Origin: Planctomycetota bacterium
Lineage (GTDB): Bacteria; Planctomycetota; UBA8108; SXIK01
Length of the DNA stretch: 64,000 nt
Direction of reading: 5' to 3'
NCBI GenBank assembly: GCA_965223265.1
Contig: OZ244999.1
Coordinates: forward strand, 4,640,001 to 4,704,000
Positions 59,320 to 64,000 of the stretch are shown here, piece after piece. The notes beneath the pieces were generated by a model, which saw only the letters and a list, made by a program, of their open reading frames with translations, had not been told where the DNA came from and did no database searches. Each line of letters starts with the position of its first letter. The first letter of the stretch is position 1. Both the position numbers and the translations under genes were made by a program.

Positions 59320-60441
59320 TCACTTCGTTCGCAAGATGATGTGGTAGCCGAACTGCGTCAAGACTGGCTCAGAAACCTCAGCAACTTCGAGCGCAAACAC
59401 GGCAGCGTCAAACGGCGGCACCATGCGACCACGCCCAAATTCACCAAGGCTACCTCCGCCAGGTCCGCTCGGCCCTTCGGAATACTTGCGGGCGAGCTCA
59501 GCAAAGTCGGCGCCGTCGGCGACCGCCTCGGCGCGCACCTTGGTAGCTAGCTCGAGCGCCTCTTCCTTGGTGCGCGTCGCTTGGTCCGAAGTGCCCTGAA
59601 ATCCGATCAAAATGTGACTCGCCTCGACGCGCTCGATCTTGTCGCGCTTGATCACGTGGTAGCCGAACCCAGTTTCGACTGGCCCTGCGATCTCACCGAC
59701 CTTTAGCCGCGCGAGTGCGGCCTCAAAGGCTGGCACCATCTGACCGGTACTGAAGATGCCCAAGGCCCCCCCCTTCGGCCCCGAGGGACCATCGGAGTGC
59801 TCACGCGCCAGGGCGCCGAAGTCTGCGCCTTCCGCCTTCGCCTTCGCCGTCAGCTCGGTCGCCAGTTTCTCTGCGTCCTCTTTTGATCTGGTGACTTCCG
59901 GCCCAGCGCGCTGGCTCCCCTTGTACTGAATCAAAATGTGAGACGCCGCGTACTCGATGATTTCAAAGCGTGTCAGGACGTGAAAGCCAAGCGGCGACTC
60001 GACCACGTCGGAGACCTGGCCGACCTCCATGCCGAAGAGCGCGGCGCCAAGAGCTTGAAACTCCGGCCGCAGACCCCGGTTCTGTATGATGCCAATCTTG
60101 CCGCCGAGCGCGACGCTCCGCGCGTCGTCGGAGTAGGTGTTCACCACGTCTTCCCACTTTGCATCACTCTTGCGCGCTGCAGCCAGCGCCTCGTCCGCCC
60201 GGGCTCTGGCCTCTTCCTTCGTCCGCGTCACGGTCGGCGGTTTCTGCTGAGCTTCTGCATGTGAAACGAGGATGTGAGCTGCCAAAACGCGACTCGGGGC
60301 TGCAGCTGGCTTGGTCGGGACTTTGCTCTGCGGCTTGGCGTCTTCCGCCAAGAGTGCCGCGCTGCAACCAGCGAGCATGAAAACCGCCACGGCGACGCGG
60401 GCGAGTGACGATAGAGTCGTGTTCGTAGTCAAAACGTTCAT
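59320..60441 (-). CDS. Exported parvulin-type peptidyl-prolyl isomerase with three PPIase domains
   Basis: AAHILV / ASHILI / ASHILI and GFHV / GYHV / GYHI in three repeats; LAGC in the signal region; GAGGAG SD before ATG 60441. Confidence 0.9.
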   Translation of the reverse strand: MNVLTTNTTLSSLARVAVAVFMLAGCSAALLAEDAKPQSKVPTKPAAAPSRVLAAHILVSHAEAQQKPPTVTRTKEEARARADEALAAARKSDAKWEDVVNTYSDDARSVALGGKIGIIQNRGLRPEFQALGAALFGMEVGQVSDVVESPLGFHVLTRFEIIEYAASHILIQYKGSQRAGPEVTRSKEDAEKLATELTAKAKAEGADFGALAREHSDGPSGPKGGALGIFSTGQMVPAFEAALARLKVGEIAGPVETGFGYHVIKRDKIERVEASHILIGFQGTSDQATRTKEEALELATKVRAEAVADGADFAELARKYSEGPSGPGGGSLGEFGRGRMVPPFDAAVFALEVAEVSEPVLTQFGYHIILRTK

Positions 60442-60842
60442 GAAGCGTCTCCTCAGAGGAAGATGGGCGTTTCGGGAATCCCGCGGTCCCATGCAGATCA
60501 ACACATCAGGGCACCACAGGAGCTTCTCAGACTCCCGTGAGTTTTCGCACCTGGCGCCTGGAGCTCCCGGTGCAGGTGCTCAAAACACCGACCCGATCCC
60601 TACATCATACCGGTGCGGTGCGGCGGGATCGAACGCCATGCACGTCGCGGACAACTGTCCACGGCGCTCTCGCAGGAGAAATTCGGTGCCAAGCGTAACC
60701 GATATCCTCGGAAGGCGCCCGCAAAAAGCCTGCGTCGGAAGCGATTCGCACTGACTGCAGGCGACCGGAAAGACAACCGGCCCCGAGGCGACACACGTCA
60801 TCTCGGGGCCGGCCATTGTTGCCAAGGGCTGAACTCAGCGCG

Positions 60843-62978
60843 TTAGAGACTTTCCTCACAGAAGAGGGTGTCCGCGGTCGAGTCGAAACCACTGATCACC
60901 GCGCCTGGTGGCGGCAACTTGACGTTGCCGACGAAAAGGAACTGGAGCGTCGTGATTCCGTCTGAGACGTCAACCGCGCCATCGTCGTTAGAGTCCGCCG
61001 CATCGAAGCAGACAGGACGTTCGACGTTGTCGCCGCCAACAAAGAGATAAACGAGTGTGTGGATCGGATCGCTGACATCAACGACGAGGTCGGCGTTCGA
61101 GTCGCCGCGCAAGAACGGTGCGTCGAATGGACCGACGACGGCAAAACCATCGTCGACAGGCAGCTGAACGCCGCCGCCACCGCCATCGGTGCCGTCACTC
61201 CCGTCGTCGCCGTCGTCGCCATCGTCGTCGTCGACACAGACGACGATCTGACCACGGATCTCGCCGGGCCGGTTCGCTTCGGTGTGCACATTGACGTACG
61301 TGTTGCCAGCGAGCATCTGCTCGACGAGAGACGCCAGCGTGCCATCAAAGCCGATGTCAGGTCGCTCGATGATGTCTTCGTCCGTGATGTCGCCTTCGGC
61401 GATCTCCGTCTTGTCGCCGACATCGATGGGCGGATCGGCCGGTCCGAAAAGAAACGCGACCACCGGACCGTTCTCCCCGGCAGGGCCAACGTGGATGTGC
61501 GCCTGAATGACGCCGACGAGATCAGCGACGTCGAGCTCGAATTCGAGCTTGCCGTCCTCGAGCTCAAACTCAGCTTTGCCCGAGCCGGCCGATTCGACTG
61601 GCGGCACCTCTTGCGAGCCGTCCAAAAGAGCCTTGAACTCGATCTCGTCGTCATCCCCATCATCGTCATCATCATCGTCGTCATCGTCACCCATGTCGCA
61701 GTCAGCCTCGTCGCCGAGGGTCGGGACCACGCCGGTGAGGACAGCGTTCCCGTCGGCGTCGACGACCTCGACCGTCGCGCCGGCCAAGTCGCCGACGCTC
61801 GAGACACCCAAGAGAAGCGCATCCGCATCGCGAAGGAACAGCTCCCCTCGGCCGCGGCTATTGGTGGTGATGTCGCCAGCCGAGGCGCTGGCGCCATCCG
61901 CTGCCGTGACCACAACGCCGAAGACACTCGCAGGGGCAAGGCCCTTGACCTTGACTTTGAACTTCTGCTCGCCGTCGCCTTCGATTTCGATCTCGACTTC
62001 ACCGCGCGCGCCCGACTCAGCGTCGGTTGCCGCGAGACAAGCTTCGCCTTCTTCTTCGTCGTCCTCGTCGCCGTCGCCGTCGCCGTCATCGTCATCAGGA
62101 ACGGTCTTGACGTCTTCGATCGTGCCCTTGAGAACGACGTTGCCTTCCGCATCGGTGACGGCAACGTCGAATCCGATGAGATCGTCCAGGTTACCAACAC
62201 CAAACGGGACCGAGTCACCCTTACCGGTGTCGACGCGCAGTTGGCCATTGCCACCGCCGTTCGTGGTCACGTCGCCGAGCGCTTCCGTCGTGCCATCGGG
62301 GCTCGTTAGGCTGACACTGTAGACCGTTTCGGGATCAAGGTGGCGCACCTTGACGCGGATCTGCAACCTGCCGCCCTCTTGCTTGAGGCGGATTTCACCC
62401 TCAGCGTCGTCGTCGACGGGCGGCTCGGGACGCATGAGCTGCGTTTCACCCTCGCGCTCCTCGTCCATGAAGACGAGGTCCGGCGTCAAACCTGCCAGGA
62501 CGACGTTGCCGTCAGCGTCACGGATTTCAATGGCACGTCCGGCAAGCTGGTCGGCGTTCTCGACACCGAATGGTAGCGGCAGCTCGTCGTCATCGTCGTC
62601 CCCATCATCGTCACCGTCGTCATCGTCACCATCCGGTACCGACCCACCGCCGTCCGTCCCGTCGGTTCCGTCGCTGCCATCGGTGACGGCGGCACCTTCG
62701 AACTCCAGTTTGCCTTCGCCGTCGCCATTGGTGTCGATGGCACCGACGTCAGTCAAGGCGCCCGAGCCATCGTCTAGGTACACACCATAGCTGGCGTCCG
62801 CCCCAAGTCCTTTGACTTTGATCTCCAGCTCGTCATCCTCGATCTCCACCCGACCCATGGCGTCAGGGAAAGGAGCACCCTCAGGCGGAAAGAGATAGCT
62901 CTTTCGGCCGTCGTCGTCGGCGAGGAGTCCGCTGACGCCAAACAGAGTAGCGAAGAGAAAAAAACGGTGTAGCCGCAT
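60843..62978 (-). CDS. Secreted acidic protein: three internal beta-rich repeats + CHRD domain + dockerin-like C-terminus
   Basis: AGGAGGA SD; signal peptide MRLHRFFLFATLFGVSGLLA; CHRD L.GSQEVPPV..AHIH.G..G.NGPVV..YVNVHT..GEIRGQI; FLRGDSNAD..CFDAADSNDDG. Confidence 0.85.
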   Translation of the reverse strand: MRLHRFFLFATLFGVSGLLADDDGRKSYLFPPEGAPFPDAMGRVEIEDDELEIKVKGLGADASYGVYLDDGSGALTDVGAIDTNGDGEGKLEFEGAAVTDGSDGTDGTDGGGSVPDGDDDDGDDDGDDDDDELPLPFGVENADQLAGRAIEIRDADGNVVLAGLTPDLVFMDEEREGETQLMRPEPPVDDDAEGEIRLKQEGGRLQIRVKVRHLDPETVYSVSLTSPDGTTEALGDVTTNGGGNGQLRVDTGKGDSVPFGVGNLDDLIGFDVAVTDAEGNVVLKGTIEDVKTVPDDDDGDGDGDEDDEEEGEACLAATDAESGARGEVEIEIEGDGEQKFKVKVKGLAPASVFGVVVTAADGASASAGDITTNSRGRGELFLRDADALLLGVSSVGDLAGATVEVVDADGNAVLTGVVPTLGDEADCDMGDDDDDDDDDDGDDDEIEFKALLDGSQEVPPVESAGSGKAEFELEDGKLEFELDVADLVGVIQAHIHVGPAGENGPVVAFLFGPADPPIDVGDKTEIAEGDITDEDIIERPDIGFDGTLASLVEQMLAGNTYVNVHTEANRPGEIRGQIVVCVDDDDGDDGDDGSDGTDGGGGGVQLPVDDGFAVVGPFDAPFLRGDSNADLVVDVSDPIHTLVYLFVGGDNVERPVCFDAADSNDDGAVDVSDGITTLQFLFVGNVKLPPPGAVISGFDSTADTLFCEESL

Positions 62979-63249
62979 GGTCACATTTCCTCCTGAGTGT
63001 GGATCGCTGCGAGCCACCGCGCGCTCGACCCAGGGCGCGCAGGCGAAAAGACATTCAGATCGATTGCCCCGAGGAGCCCATCGTAGCGAAGCTGCGAGGC
63101 TGAGAAAAACAAAACTCCCGCCTACAAAAAAAACGAAAAAACGCAGTGTAAAATGCGCTTAACGTCGACCGAAGACGATGGAAAGAATATTTCCTCAACC
63201 CAGTCGATTCGGCGCGGCGAGCGGTTCAAAAGGTCTCTGACGATTTGAA

Positions 63250-64000
63250 CTATGGCCCCAGGTGCGCCCACCGCGCCTCCATGTGCGTCGCCGTGCCGGC
63301 GTAGAAGAGAACAATGACGTCACCGTCAGGGAGCGCCTCGGCGTAGGGTAGGCCGAAGTTCCAAACGCCCATGTCGCTGAGCAGCTCGCCGGTGGTGCGG
63401 CGATCGGCGCCGGAGGCGCTGCCGTCGAACTCGTACAGCACCACCTCGGAGTCTTCGGTGAAGGCACCGGCGCCGTCCGCCGCGAGGCGTGCACGGATTG
63501 ACCGAGTGCCGAAACGATCCACCCACGCAAGCACGACGCGGCCGTCCGGCAGCACCGCCGGATGCGCCGCCTGGTCGGTGAAGCCTAAGTCTTCGGGAGT
63601 GCTCCACGTCGCTCCTTCGTCACGACTCAACATGCGGTGGATATTGATGTATTTCCCGGCGCTGCGATCGTAAGTCCACGAGTAGGTTGCTATACGGCCG
63701 TCCGGCAAGACGCCGGCTCGCTGGTCCCAATAGAAGATCCGAGCCTCCGGGTCCTGCGCCACTGTGTGTGGCGGCCCCCAAGACCGCCCCAGATCGTCCG
63801 AGTAGAAATAGACCACACGCTGAAACCACGTCGAAGCGTCCTCGTACTCCTTGTTCGTCTCGATGCTCAGTGCGAGCCTCCCGCTCGGCAGTTTGAGGAT
63901 CGGATTCGTGAGACTCGGCGGCCCGACATCAGGAGGCGTCGCGACAACCCGCCACGGTGTCCAGGTGGCGCCACCGTCACGCGAGTCGGCGAGGAGAATC
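63250..64000 (-). CDS. BNR/sialidase family protein, 3' part (5' end beyond right edge)
   Basis: Frame open to the edge; Asp-boxes SRDGGATW, SDDLGRSW, SRDEGATW; C-terminal FGLPYAEALPDG.V.V.FY. Confidence 0.85.
   Translation of the reverse strand, partial: ILLADSRDGGATWTPWRVVATPPDVGPPSLTNPILKLPSGRLALSIETNKEYEDASTWFQRVVYFYSDDLGRSWGPPHTVAQDPEARIFYWDQRAGVLPDGRIATYSWTYDRSAGKYINIHRMLSRDEGATWSTPEDLGFTDQAAHPAVLPDGRVVLAWVDRFGTRSIRARLAADGAGAFTEDSEVVLYEFDGSASGADRRTTGELLSDMGVWNFGLPYAEALPDGDVIVLFYAGTATHMEARWAHLGP

Noticed and set aside
60896-62322. Overlapping long ORFs of 452, 416 and 271 aa
   Set aside because: Alternative-frame or antisense products of GAC-rich coding sequence in the CHRD gene.

Overview
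GC-rich bacterial DNA, most likely from a Planctomycetota genome. This is inferred from the DUF1549/DUF1553 planctomycete cytochrome c gene next to a Tat-DUF1501 gene, plus DUF1080, PQQ-propeller, ASPIC/UnbV and dockerin-like secreted proteins. The window holds about 35 genes, mostly large exported proteins, with sugar/sulfate-processing genes, a minor-pilin trio, a VIT-vWA/two-component operon and a few housekeeping genes. I saw no rRNA, tRNA, CRISPR array or transposase. The strongest novelty candidate is a 1807-aa secreted protein (22515..27938). It fuses FG-GAP repeats, a phospho-His swivel placed before a PEP-synthase/PPDK-type ATP-grasp domain (the order seen in glucan water dikinases), and a C-terminal dockerin-like tag. 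A paralog runs off the left edge. Three other proteins, including a CotH kinase, carry the same tag, which suggests a modular cell-surface system with extracellular phosphotransfer. Intergenic DNA contains a ~160-bp MITE (two full copies with CTAA duplications, one partial) and a mosaic repeat whose modules are shuffled among three loci. All calls come from reading motifs by eye; no database searches were run.
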